Of a DNA stretch of 64,000 nt, positions 49,766 to 60,142 are shown piece by piece. A program made the translations under genes and the position numbers. Location of the stretch: NCBI GenBank assembly GCA_038087875.1, contig CM075995.1, positions 6,636,001 to 6,700,000 of the forward strand, given 5' to 3'. The DNA comes from Malacoraja senta. Lineage: Eukaryota. Each line of letters starts with the position of its first letter. The stretch's first letter is position 1. The notes beneath the pieces were generated by a model. It did not search any database. It worked only from the letters and a program-made list of their open reading frames with translations, and was not told the DNA's origin.

Positions 49766-51392
49766 ATTAGCCGGGAAGTGGTGTTAGGTAAATTGAATGG
49801 ATTAAAGGCCGATAAATCCCCAGGGCCAGACAGGCTTCATCCCAGAGTACTTAAGGAAGTAGCCCCAGAAATAGTGGATGCATTAGTGATAATTTTTCAA
49901 AACTCTTTAGATTCTGGAGTAGTTCCTGAGGATTGGAGGGTAGCTAATGTAACCCCACTTTTTAAAAAGGGAGGGAGAGAGAAAACGGGGAATTACAGAC
50001 CAGTTAGTCTAACATCGGTAGTGGGGAAAATGCTAGAGTCAGTTATTAAAGATGGGATAGCAGCACATTTGGAAAGTGGTGAAATCATTGGACAAAGTCA
50101 GCATGGATTTATGAAAGGTAAATCATGTCTGACGAATCTTCTAGAATTTTTCGAGGATGTAACTAGTAGAGTGGATAAGGGAGAACCAGTGGATGTGTTA
50201 TATCTGGACTTTCAGAAGGCTTTCGACAAGGTCCCACATAAGAGATTAGTATGCAAACTTAAAGCACACGGTATTGGGGGTTCAGTATTGATGTGGATAG
50301 AGAACTGGCTGGCAGACAGGAAGCAAAGAGTAGGAGTAAACGGGTCCTTTTCAGAATGGCAGGCAGTGACTAGTGGGGTACCGCAAGGCTCAGTGCTGGG
50401 ACCCCAGCTATTTACAATATATATTAATGATCTGGATGAAGGAATTGAATGCAACATCTCCAAGTTTGCGGATGACACGAAGCTGGGGGGCAGTGTTAGC
50501 TGTGAGGAGGATGCTCGGAGGCTGCAAGGTGACTTGGATAGGTTGGCGGAGTGGGCAAATGCATGGCAGATGCAGTATCATGTGGATAAATGTGAGGTTA
50601 TCCACTTTGGTGGTAAAAACAGGAAAGTAGACTATTATCTGAATAGTGGTCGATTAGGAAAAGGGGAGATGCAACGAGATCTGGGTGTCATGGTACACCA
50701 GTCATTGAAAGTAGGCATGCAGGTGCAGCAGGCAGTGAAGAAAGCGAATGGTATGTTAGGATTCATAGCAAAAGGATTTGAGTATAAGAGCAGGGAGGTT
50801 CTACTGCAGTTGTCAGGGTCTTGGTGAGGCCACACCTGGAGTATTGCGTACAGTTTTGGTCACCAAATCTGAGGAAAGACATTCTTGACATAGAGGGAGT
50901 ACAGAGAAGGTTCACCAGACTGATTCCTGGGATGGCAGGACTTTCATATGAAGAAAGACTGGATAGACTCGGCTTGTACTAGCTAGAATTTAGAAGATTG
51001 AGGGGGGATCTTATAGAAACTTACAAGATTCTTAAGGGGTTGGACAGGCTAGATGCAGGAATATTGTTCCCGATGTTGGGGAAGTCCAGAACAAGGGGTC
51101 ACAGTTTAAGAATAAGGGGGAAGTCTTTTAGGACCGAGATGAGAAAATCATTTTTCACACAGAGAGTGGTGAATCTGTGGAATTCTCTGCCACAGAAGGT
51201 AGTTGAGGCCAGTTCATTGGCTATATTTAAGAGGGAGTTAGATGTGGCCCTTGTGGCTAAAGGGATCAGGGGGTATGGAGAGAAGGCAGGTACAGGATAC
51301 TAAGTTGGATGATCAGCCATGATCATATTGAATGGCGGTGCAGGCTCGAAGGCCGAATGGCCTACTCCTGCACCTATTTTCTATGTTTCTAT
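49766..51392 (+). mobile_element. Young 5'-truncated CR1 LINE, same subfamily as 6173-7693
   Basis: ORF 49682-50827 ([43 protein letters not shown]); 1-bp deletion near 50813 and TAG at 50980-50982; inserted in a minus-strand HER1-type tail. Confidence 0.95.
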
Positions 51393-51744
51393 CCCTCTAA
51401 ACCTGTCCTACCCATGTACCTGTCTAATTGATGGCCCCTGCCTCAACTACCTCCTCTGGAAGCTCGTCCCATACACCTGCCACCCCTTGTGTAAAAAATC
51501 CTCTCCTATCCATGTACCTGTCTAACTGTTTCTTAAACGTTGGATAGTCCCTGCCTCAACTACCTCCTCTGGCAGCTTGTTTCAATGATACTTTATTGTT
51601 ACATGTACCTAGGTACAGTCGAATGCTTTGTTTTTGTATACAATCCGGGTAAAAGCAATACTGCAGACCACACCGAGGCAGTACACAAAGTGTCGCCAAG
51701 TTTCGGGCGCCAACAAAGTTTCAACACTTCTCGGTCTTATCTTC

Positions 51745-51946
51745 TTGGAGGGGGGGGACTATGTATAAACACAGCTGTAATTTCTACATAGTGAAATCAA
51801 AATGTATAAAAATGGCCTTTATAAAAATCTGACAATGTGCACTTTAACCACATGTGATTTTTTTCTATTACAAATCTCAAATTGAGGAGTACAGAGGCAA
51901 ATATATAAATGATGGGTCTTTGTCCCAAATATTATGGAGGGCACTG
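51745..51946. mobile_element. Tc1/mariner-like terminal fragment
   Basis: Reverse complement of the end reads CAGTGCCCTCCATAATATTTGGGACAAAGAC, a Tc1-style CAGTG TIR; partner end and TA TSD not seen. Confidence 0.55.
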
Positions 51947-51982
51947 AACCAGCAGAGTAGAGAAATTGTTGTAAATCTTTAC

Positions 51983-52115
51983 CTCTTTTGTTTCTTGTAG
52001 TTCTCCAGCTGCACAGTTTGTAGTTGCTTATAATGCTCCATGTCACATTGTTCACCGATATCTTCCAAATACAGCAAGTGTCCCTCCAGCTCTTCAAAGT
52101 CTTCTTCCAACTGAG
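51983..52115 (-). CDS. dtnbp1: Internal coding exon (133 nt, phase 1 to phase 2) of a dysbindin / dystrobrevin-binding protein 1-like gene, coiled-coil region
   Basis: Minus strand reads gtttttccatctcttgcag|CTCAGTTGG...CAAAAGAG|gtaaag with canonical AG/GT. Translation [45 protein letters not shown] aligns without gaps to recalled human DTNBP1 [44 protein letters not shown], and length and phase match the recalled human exon. Ortholog versus paralog is unresolved. Confidence 0.9.
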
Positions 52116-52183
52116 CTGCAAGAGATGGAAAAACAATGGTCTCACTTTAAACATAACTAAATAATAAACTGTCCATGAGTATA

Positions 52184-52448
52184 GGCACGGTGGCGTAGCG
52201 GTAGACATAATGCCTTACAGCGCCAGAGACCCGGGTTCGATCGTGGCCACGGGTGCTTGTCTGTACGGAGTTTGTACTTTCTCCCCGTGACCCGAGTGGG
52301 TTTTCTCCGAGATCTTAGGTTTCCGCCCACACTCGAAAGACGTACAGGTTTGTAGGTTAGTGTTAATGTGCGGGGATGGCTGGTTGGTGGTTGGTGCGTA
52401 CTCGTTGGGCCGAAGGGCTTGTTTTCGAGCTATATCTCTAACCTAAAC
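52184..52448 (+). mobile_element. HE1-like V-SINE about 70 bp upstream of the exon acceptor
   Basis: ggcacggtggcgtagcgg..gggttcgatc.. through the tail. Confidence 0.85.
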
Positions 52449-53061
52449 AAAACTATATTGCCAATGATTAATGAAACTTACTGTAGTGTGTATTACAGTC
52501 ACTTTACATCACAAACTGCATTTTCCGTGCACTCATTAACTCTTTATCGCAGGAGTGGTACGCTGGTAACTTGCCCGTGCTGACCAAGAAGCCCCATCTA
52601 CACTACTCCCACCTGCCTGCATTTGGCCCAAATCCCTCTAAACCTGTCCTATCCATGTATCTGTCCAAATGTCCCTTAAATGTTGTTACAGTTCTTTCCT
52701 CAACAGCCTCTTTTGGCAGCCCGTTCCATACACTCTTTGTGTTAGAGAGTTGGCCCTCTGGTTCCTATTAAATCTTTCCCCTCAAACCTTCAATGTTCTC
52801 TGGTTCTTGATTCCCCTATGCTGGGCACAAGACTGTGCATCTAACCTTATTCTTTCACAAAAAACGTCTGTTTTATGTCCAGTTGTAGCACCCAAATGAA
52901 AAGTATAAAGGTCGTTGCAGTATTAATTGCATCTTTTGATAAGATATGTGGAATATTTTGTTCCACTTTTAGTCATCTCTCTTTCACCTTCTTCTAGTGC
53001 ACTGATGTAGAAACAAGGAACTGCAGATGCTGGTTTATACCAAAGATAGACACAAAGTGCT

Positions 53062-53275
53062 GGCCTGTCCCACTTGGCGATTTTGCCGGCGTCATATCAG
53101 TGTCGTCAAAAGATTTTGAACATTTCAAAATCCAGCGGCGGCAAAAAAAGTGGTTGCGACACTTGAAAAAACACCGCGCATCATACGTCATCACGCCGCG
53201 TATTTTTCGGTGATATGATACGTCAGTCAATGATGCCGGCAGTCGCCGAAAAAATCACCAAGTGGGACAGGCCCT
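53062..53275. mobile_element. MITE of the GGGCCTGTCCCAC family nested in a Penelope unit (53005-53338)
   Basis: ggcctgtcccacttgg ... ccaagtgggacaggccct|tta. Confidence 0.75.
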
Positions 53276-53394
53276 TTAGGCAGTATCTCTGAAGAAAAAG
53301 GATAGGTGATGTTTTGGGTCGGGACCCTTTTTCAGACAGAGGTTCTGAGCTACAACTCAAAATATTTATCACTATTATATACCCTTATATCATT

Positions 53395-53920
53395 GTCAGT
53401 TCAGTTTAATTTATTATCACAGTAAAAAGCTTTTGTTGCGAGCTATCCAGTCAGCAGAAAGACAATACATGATTACAATCAAGCCATTTACAGTGTATAC
53501 ATACATGATAGGGGAATAACGTTTAGTGCAAGGTAAAGCCAGCAAAGTCCAATCAAGGATAGTCCGAGGGTCACCCACCAATGCGGTAGATAGTAGTTCA
53601 GCACTGCTATCTGGTTGTGGAAGCATGATTCAGTTGCCTGATAACAGCTGGGAAGAAACTGTCCCTGAATCTGGAGGTGTGTGCGTTTTCAGACTTCTCT
53701 ACCTTTTGCCTGATGTGAGGGGGGAAGAGGGAGTGGCCAGGGTGCGACTCATCCTTGATTATGCTGCTGGCCTTGCGGAGGCAGCGTGAGGTATAAATGG
53801 AGTCAATAGGTTGGTTTGTATGATGGCCTGGGCTCTGTCCACAATTTGCTGCAATTTCTTGTGGTCTTGGATGGAGCTGTTCCCAAACCAAGCTGTGATG
53901 CATCCTGATAAAACAATTTC
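53395..53920 (-). mobile_element. Rex/Babar-like LINE 3' fragment (second family)
   Basis: ORF 53607-53936 ..YTSRCLRKASSIIKDESHPGHSLF..RDSFFPAVIRQLN plus tail. Confidence 0.82.
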
Positions 53921-54469
53921 TATGGTCCCTCAACAACTTCTTACTTCAATTTTGATGTTAGGTTATCATCCAATATGCATGGTAGCCTCATCATTTTCCT
54001 CAGATACCTCAAATACTTCCTACCAGCCTGCTTCCTTCAAGTGCTAGTCCATCCTGATTTCTTCATTGACTCCACGCTAGTGTTCCAAGATGGCGTCACT
54101 TTTCTCTCAAATGGTGATGAACAGCTCACTATGATTAACAGGAATCCACTTCAACTATTTGGTATTAGGTTATGGTGTGATAGTAGTTTCATTAATCCAA
54201 ACAAATTGTTGTTGTCATAAATAAGCGGAAAATCACAGGCAGCCAGAATTTATGAACAGATTATTTCATGCTTGGTAAAGGATATGACTCATGTCCCTTG
54301 CATCCTCAAAATGATCGAATTTAAGTCATAACTAATAGTGAAAAATGATAGGTATGATCAATGCAGTTGTAATAATGTTGGTAAATATCCATAACTACAT
54401 AACACAATTAACTGTTCCCATGGCTGAATGCAGGACAGAGAAGACTGATCTCAGCTTAATCTTATGCTA

Positions 54470-54908
54470 GCCGGAGAACTGGGAAGGGGGAGGGATGGAG
54501 AGAGAGAGAGAGAAAGAGGGAAAGCAAGAGTTACTTGAAGTTAGAGAAGTCAATATTAATACCGCTGGGGTGCAAGCTGCCCAAGTGAAATATGAGATGC
54601 TGTTACTCCAATTTGCGTTGGGCGTCACTCTGACAATGGAGGAGGCCCAGGACCAAAAGGTCAGTGTGGGAATGGGAGGGGGAGTTAAAGTGTTTAGCAA
54701 CCGGGAGATCAGGTAGGTTTAGGCGGACTGAGCGGAGGTGTTCAGCGAAACAATCGCCGAGCCAGCGCTTGGTCTCGCCGATATATAGGAGTCCACACCT
54801 GGAACAGCGGATACAGTAGATGAGGTAGTCAGAGACGGTAAGACTGGTCGGAGAACTGGGAAGGGGGCGGGTTGGAGAGAGAGAGAGAGGGAAAGCAAGG
54901 GTTACTAG
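54470..54908 (-). mobile_element. Penelope-like GIY-YIG endonuclease fragment with a partial tandem 3'UTR repeat
   Basis: LIYCIRCSRCGLLYIGETKRWLGDCFAEHLRSV..VAKHFN..RKLE; cggagaactgggaagggg..gggaaagcaag at 54472 and 54850. Confidence 0.88.
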
Positions 54909-55170
54909 GGTTAATATTTGCAATAATCACCTTGTTTTGGCATCATTTCGCAGTCAAAACTGCAGCTAGCCATAAAGGTCCTTCGCAGTTGTGTTATATA
55001 TTGCGTGCTATGTTTACAAACCTGTTGCGTTGCTGCTACAAGGAAGAATTTCATTGGTCCGTTTCGGGACATACAACAATAAAACACGCTTGACACTCTT
55101 AAGTCTACTTTCTTGGTCAATCGCATGGTCATCGTCACTTGGTCATGGCCATGTCTGTCCAAACACGTAC

Positions 55171-55525
55171 TAAGACTGTGGCCCTGGTTCTGGACTCCCA
55201 ATGTTGGGTGAGTCCAGAACCTGGGGCCACAGTCTTAGAATAAAGGGGAGGCCATTTAAGACTGAGGTGAGAAAAAACTTTCACCCAGAGAGTTGTGAAT
55301 TTGTGGAATTCCCTGCCACAGAGGGCAGTGGAGGCCAAATCACTGGATGGATTTAAGAGAGAGTTAGATAGAGCTCTAGGGGCTAGTGGAGTCAAGGGAT
55401 ATGGGGAGAAGGCAGGCACGGGTTATTGATTGGGGACGATCAGCCATGATCACAACGAATGGCGGTGCTGGCTCGAAGGGCCGAATGGCCTCCTCCTGCA
55501 CCTATTTTCTATGTATTCTATGTAT
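55171..55525 (+). mobile_element. CR1 3' fragment with a short inverted duplication at its 5' end
   Basis: 55171-55197 is the near reverse complement of about 55211-55238. Confidence 0.85.
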
Positions 55526-55790
55526 AGGTTTGTAGGTTAATTGGCTTAGTAAATGTAAAAAATGTCCCTAGTGTGTGTAGGATAGTGTGGGGATTGCTGG
55601 TCGGCGTGGACCGGTGGGTCGAAGGGCTGGTTTCCTCGCTGTATCTCTAAACTAAATTAAACTTATCCCACATTCTCCCTTAGCACCCAAAAATTAAAAG
55701 AAAATGTTTTGAATATACTCAAACAGTTCTCTGAAAAGAAAATAAGTCAGTGAGTTTGCTTCAATTCTTCAGTCAGCAGGCTTCTAGCTC

Positions 55791-56083
55791 AGTTTAGTTT
55801 AGAGATACAGCGTGGGAACAAGCCCTTCAACCCACCAAGTCCACGCCAACCAGCGATCCCCATACACTAGCCCTATCCTACGCACTAGGAACAATTTACA
55901 ATTACCAAAGCCAATTAACCTACAAACCTGCACGTCTTTGGAGTGTGGGAGGAAACCGGAGTGCCCGTGGAAAACCCACGCGGTCACGGGGAGAAACTGC
56001 GTACAGACGGCACCCGTGGTCAGGATCGAACCCGGGTCTCTCGCGCTGTGAGGCAGCAACTCTACCGCTGCGCCACTGTGCTG
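55791..56083 (-). mobile_element. HE1-like V-SINE
   Basis: Reverse complement of the SINE consensus. Confidence 0.9.
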
Positions 56084-56944
56084 CACCTAAACCAGTTCTG
56101 CAACAGGGTCAAGCGAATGAGGTGTTAAACAGTTAAAATAAGTGTGCCAGAAATACCAAGGCCACTACAGCTTTAGATTATCAAATTACCATTTTTCCTT
56201 GCCATCAATCAGAAATATAAACAGCGTTGAAATTATAATCACAATGTTTATATCTGCAAATAGCTAGCAGACAAGAGAACGGGTGGGTTGCAATAAAGGC
56301 ATTGATTGTATGATGTTACTATAATTTTGTTCCATCAAATGTGAGGCAGTCTGCCAGAGAGGCTGCCTGACCCGCTGAGTTACTCCAGCACTCTGTGAAA
56401 CGTCACCCGTCCATGTTCGCCAGAGATGCTGCCTGACCAGCTGAGTTACTCCAGCACTCTGTGACTTAAAAAAAACCTGATAATGGGGAATCTGCATAGT
56501 AGCTGTAGTATTGGTGAATGATATGTGGGGTAAGGATCTCCCAGATGCCACCTATGGTTGAATGCTACCCAAGTTCGCTGGGTCTGTGCAGAAGGAAACA
56601 ATGGCAAATGATGGCCAAGGAAACTCAAATGAATAAAAACGTAACCATTCAACAAGATGTCCTGAGATGAGCCACAGAACCAACGGACTGGCGGGCTGCC
56701 GAGAACAACCCAGCAGGGGCCCGGCAAAAACAAAGGGGGACCCGGCGTAGAAGGGGCTGCCGAGAACAAAGGGGGACCCGGCGTGGGGGGGAGGGGGCCA
56801 TTGAGAACCAAGAGGGAGTTGGTGTGTAGAGGAAATGCAGAGAACATTGCTGATCATGCGCAGCGAACAACAGAATCATATCTAACGATATCTCCTCCAC
56901 ATCATTGTGAAAGGTGTCTCTGTAGTCGCCATGAACAGGCTCAC

Positions 56945-57492
56945 CTGGAACACCAGGTGGCGCCACCAGCAGTGGCTGCCTCGTCAACAGTCTGTCTGTC
57001 CTTTCTTCTCTGTTATTTTTAGTATGTGTTAAAAATTATGTTTTAGTGTTCCTTGGTTTGTTTTATGTGGGGTGTGACGGGTGGTGGGGTTGGGGGAAAC
57101 TTTGTTTCAATCTCTTACCTCGACGGAGATGCGATTTTCTTTCCGTATCGTATCTCCGTCCACACTGCGGCCTAATATCGTGGAGTTTGCGACCTTTCCT
57201 GGAGACCGACCCGGCGATCCAAGCCGCGGGACTTTAACATTGCGGAGCTTGCTATCCCTTTGCCGGGGATCGAAGCTCCAACCGCGGGGTCTGTGGACTT
57301 GAACATCGTGAAGCCTGTGGCTTCTGGTAAGAAGAGGCCGACTTGGGAGCTCCACGAGAGTTTCAACCGCCCCGACGCGGTAGTTACGATCACCCCGACG
57401 GGGGCTTCGATCGTCGGCTGCGAGGGCTTTGATCGCCCCGACTACGGATGGTTTGACTGCCCCAACCGCGAGAGAACAAAGAGGAAGAAGTT
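56945..57492 (+). repeat. GC/CpG-rich interspersed repeat segment of unknown family with internal subrepeats of about 21 bp
   Basis: Related sequence in the opposite orientation at 60700-60810; subrepeats tt(c/t)(a/g)atcgccccgac at 57360-57470. Confidence 0.5.
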
Positions 57493-57499
57493 CTGCAGC

Positions 57500-57728
57500 G
57501 ATTAGTGATCGCCCTGTAATCTACACACACTAGAGACAACTTTACAACATTACAGAAGCCAATTAACCTACAAACCTGTACGTCTTTGGAGTGTGAGAGG
57601 AAACCGGAGCACCTGGAGAAAACTCAGAGAGAACGTGCAAACTCCATATAGACAGCACCCGTAATCAGGATCCATGCTGGGTCTCTGGTGCTGTAAGGCA
57701 GCAACTCTACTGCTGCGCCACTATGCCT
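57500..57728 (-). mobile_element. HE1-like V-SINE, tail missing
   Basis: Reverse complement of head and V core. Confidence 0.8.
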
Positions 57729-57949
57729 CCCCACCCCGGCCTGCTGAGTTACTCCAAACACTTTGTCTCTATCTTAAACCAAAATGCCAAGTGAGTAAGC
57801 AGATTCAGCATCAGTAGAGAAATTTGAAATCAGATATCCTACCTAAAGCAGTTAATTATCTCACCCCAGGACACCAATGTACTAGTTATTCAGTGCCGTG
57901 CCCTACACCTGACCTCCTTCAGTTGTTTTATCAGTAACCTTCCTTCACA

Positions 57950-58418
57950 ACAAGAGGATTTCAATATAGGAGTAAAGAGGTTCTTCTGCAGTTGTATAGG
58001 GCTCTGGTGAGACCACATCTGGAGTATTGTGTACAGTTTTGGTCTCCTAATTTGAGGAAGGACATCCTTGTGATTGAGGCAGTGCAGCGTAGGTTCACTA
58101 GATTGATCCCTGGGATGGCGGGACTGTCATATGTGGAAAGATTAAAAAGACTAGGCTTGTATTCACTGGACTTTAGAAGGATGAGGGGGAATCTTATAGA
58201 AATATAAAATTATAAAAGGACTGGACAAGCTAGATGCAGATTTTTTTTCCCCAATGTTGGGCGAGTCCAGAACCAGGGGCCACAGTCTTAGAATAAAGGG
58301 GAGGTCATTTAAGACAGAGGTGAGAAAAAACGTTTTCACCCAGAGAGTTGTGAATTTATGGAATTCCCTGCCACAGAGGGCCGTGGAGGCCAAATCACTG
58401 GATGGATTTAAGAGAGTT
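57950..58418 (+). mobile_element. CR1 LINE fragment running into the assembly gap
   Basis: ORFs 57992-58207 and 58254 onward encode the CR1 C-terminal region. Confidence 0.9.
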
Positions 58419-58618
58419 NNNNNNNNNNNNNNNNNNNNNNNNNNNNNNNNNNNNNNNNNNNNNNNNNNNNNNNNNNNNNNNNNNNNNNNNNNNNNNNNNN
58501 NNNNNNNNNNNNNNNNNNNNNNNNNNNNNNNNNNNNNNNNNNNNNNNNNNNNNNNNNNNNNNNNNNNNNNNNNNNNNNNNNNNNNNNNNNNNNNNNNNNN
58601 NNNNNNNNNNNNNNNNNN
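58419..58618. other. Assembly gap (200 N)
   Basis: Run of N; the round length suggests a placeholder of unknown true size. Confidence 0.99.
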
Positions 58619-59265
58619 GGAGAGATTGGTGAGGTTGAAGAGAGTAGGGTGGGGGAGAGGGATGGGGAGGAGAGTGGTGAGTTAGGAGGAGAGCGTGGAG
58701 GGCAGGAAGGGGGGAGAGGGGATGTTAGAGGTGGAGAGGGGGGGATGAGGGGAAGGGGAGAGGAGTAGGTGGAAGAGAGGGAGAGAGGGAGGGGGAGGGA
58801 GAGAGTTGGGGGAGGGAGAGGGGAAGAGTTGGGAGTGAGTGGTTGCGGGGAGTGGTGCAAGAGAGAGTGGAAGGGGGTGGGGGGAGATGGGGGTGAAGAG
58901 GGGGAGTGGAGGGGTAAGAGAGGGTGTGGGAGGGGAGGGAGGGGGAGAGGAGAGAGGAGGTAGAGTGGGGAGGGAGAGTGGAAGTAGGAGGGGTAGGGAC
59001 AGTCGGGAGTGGGGAGAGAAGAGGAAAGGGGGAGGAGGAAAGGGGAGAGATTGGTGAGTGAGAAGAGAGCAGGGTGGGGGAGAGGAGGGGGTGGAGAGTG
59101 GGGAGTGGTAGGAGAGCGGGGAGGGCAGGAAGGGGGGAGAGGATGTTAGAGGTGGAGAGAGGGGATGAGGGGAAGGGGAGAGGAGTAGGGGGAAGAGAGG
59201 GAGGGGAGGGAGGTGGAGAGGAGAGAGGAGGGGGAGGGAGAGTGGAAGTAAGAGGGGTAGGGACA
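58619..59265. repeat. Polypurine (G/A-rich) low-complexity tract with internal periodicity of about 420 bp
   Basis: ggagagattggtgag at about 58619 and 59045; agggcaggaagggggga..gatgttagaggtggaga at about 58699 and 59121. Confidence 0.9.
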
Positions 59266-59760
59266 GTCCATCTGATCCCCATTCCCTATCACCCCCTATC
59301 CTCTTTCTCTATTCCCACACACGTGGCGACGCCCCTTCGACACAGGCTGCGGGGGTGGGGGGAGGGGCTGGGGCTGCTGCCAAGGCATATGTAAATTGGG
59401 CCATTCCGATTGGACATCTGTGAGCATCGGGCATTGTGACATCACACAATGGAATCTTTACTAACATTCTATGGCTGAGCTGTTTTTTTAAAACATTTTG
59501 AAATGTTTGGTTTGGGGGGGGGGGGGAAGAGGTATTTTATTTAAAAAAGCGTACCTAAACACGACCAAATTTAATCAGGATCGTCTATTCGTAAAGATAA
59601 ACGTAAACCTCTTTAGAAACGGTAAAAAATATCGGCGTTTCCGCGCGCCGCGCGGGCGCGGGGCGGTATCAAAGGCGGGACAGGTCAAGCAGAACGTTGT
59701 ACGTACAGACGTACAGACGTACAGACGGACGGCAGCCAGAGAGTTTTAAAAGTATATAGA
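58619..59760 (-). mobile_element. Probable non-autonomous Helitron-like element (5' end at 59760, 3' end lost in the gap)
   Basis: Minus strand begins A|TCTATATACTTTTAAAACTCTC followed by a GTCC/GTCTGTAC microsatellite, resembling Lep1-type Helitron 5' ends; CpG-rich body. The 3' hairpin and CTRR are not visible. Confidence 0.4.
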
Positions 59761-59914
59761 TAGATAGATATATATACACACACACATATATGTATACATA
59801 CATATATATATATTCATACATACACACACATATATATATGTGTATATTGAACTTTTTTATTGCTATATAGCAATACAAAAAGTTATATATATGTGTGTGT
59901 GTGTTTGCATGTGC

Positions 59915-59999
<85 letters not shown>

Positions 60000-60002
60000 A
60001 TG

Positions 60003-60039
<37 letters not shown>

Positions 60040-60109
60040 GAGATATGCATGTATGTTTGTATGTATATACGTGTGTGTATGTATATGTGTATTAATGTTT
60101 GTATGTATA

Positions 60110-60142
<33 letters not shown>

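Noticed and set aside
49682..50827. 381-aa RT ORF as a functional or domesticated gene
   Set aside because: 5'-truncated (no endonuclease), start borrowed from flanking repeat, frameshift and stop downstream.
6173..58418. Antisense orientation bias of long LINEs relative to the host gene
   Set aside because: Four of the five longest are antisense, but 13305-14540 and 8506-9284 are sense; too few to support a claim.
58408..59394. Pro/Ser-rich and Gly/Glu/Arg-rich ORFs
   Set aside because: Translations of the low-complexity polypurine tract and the N gap.
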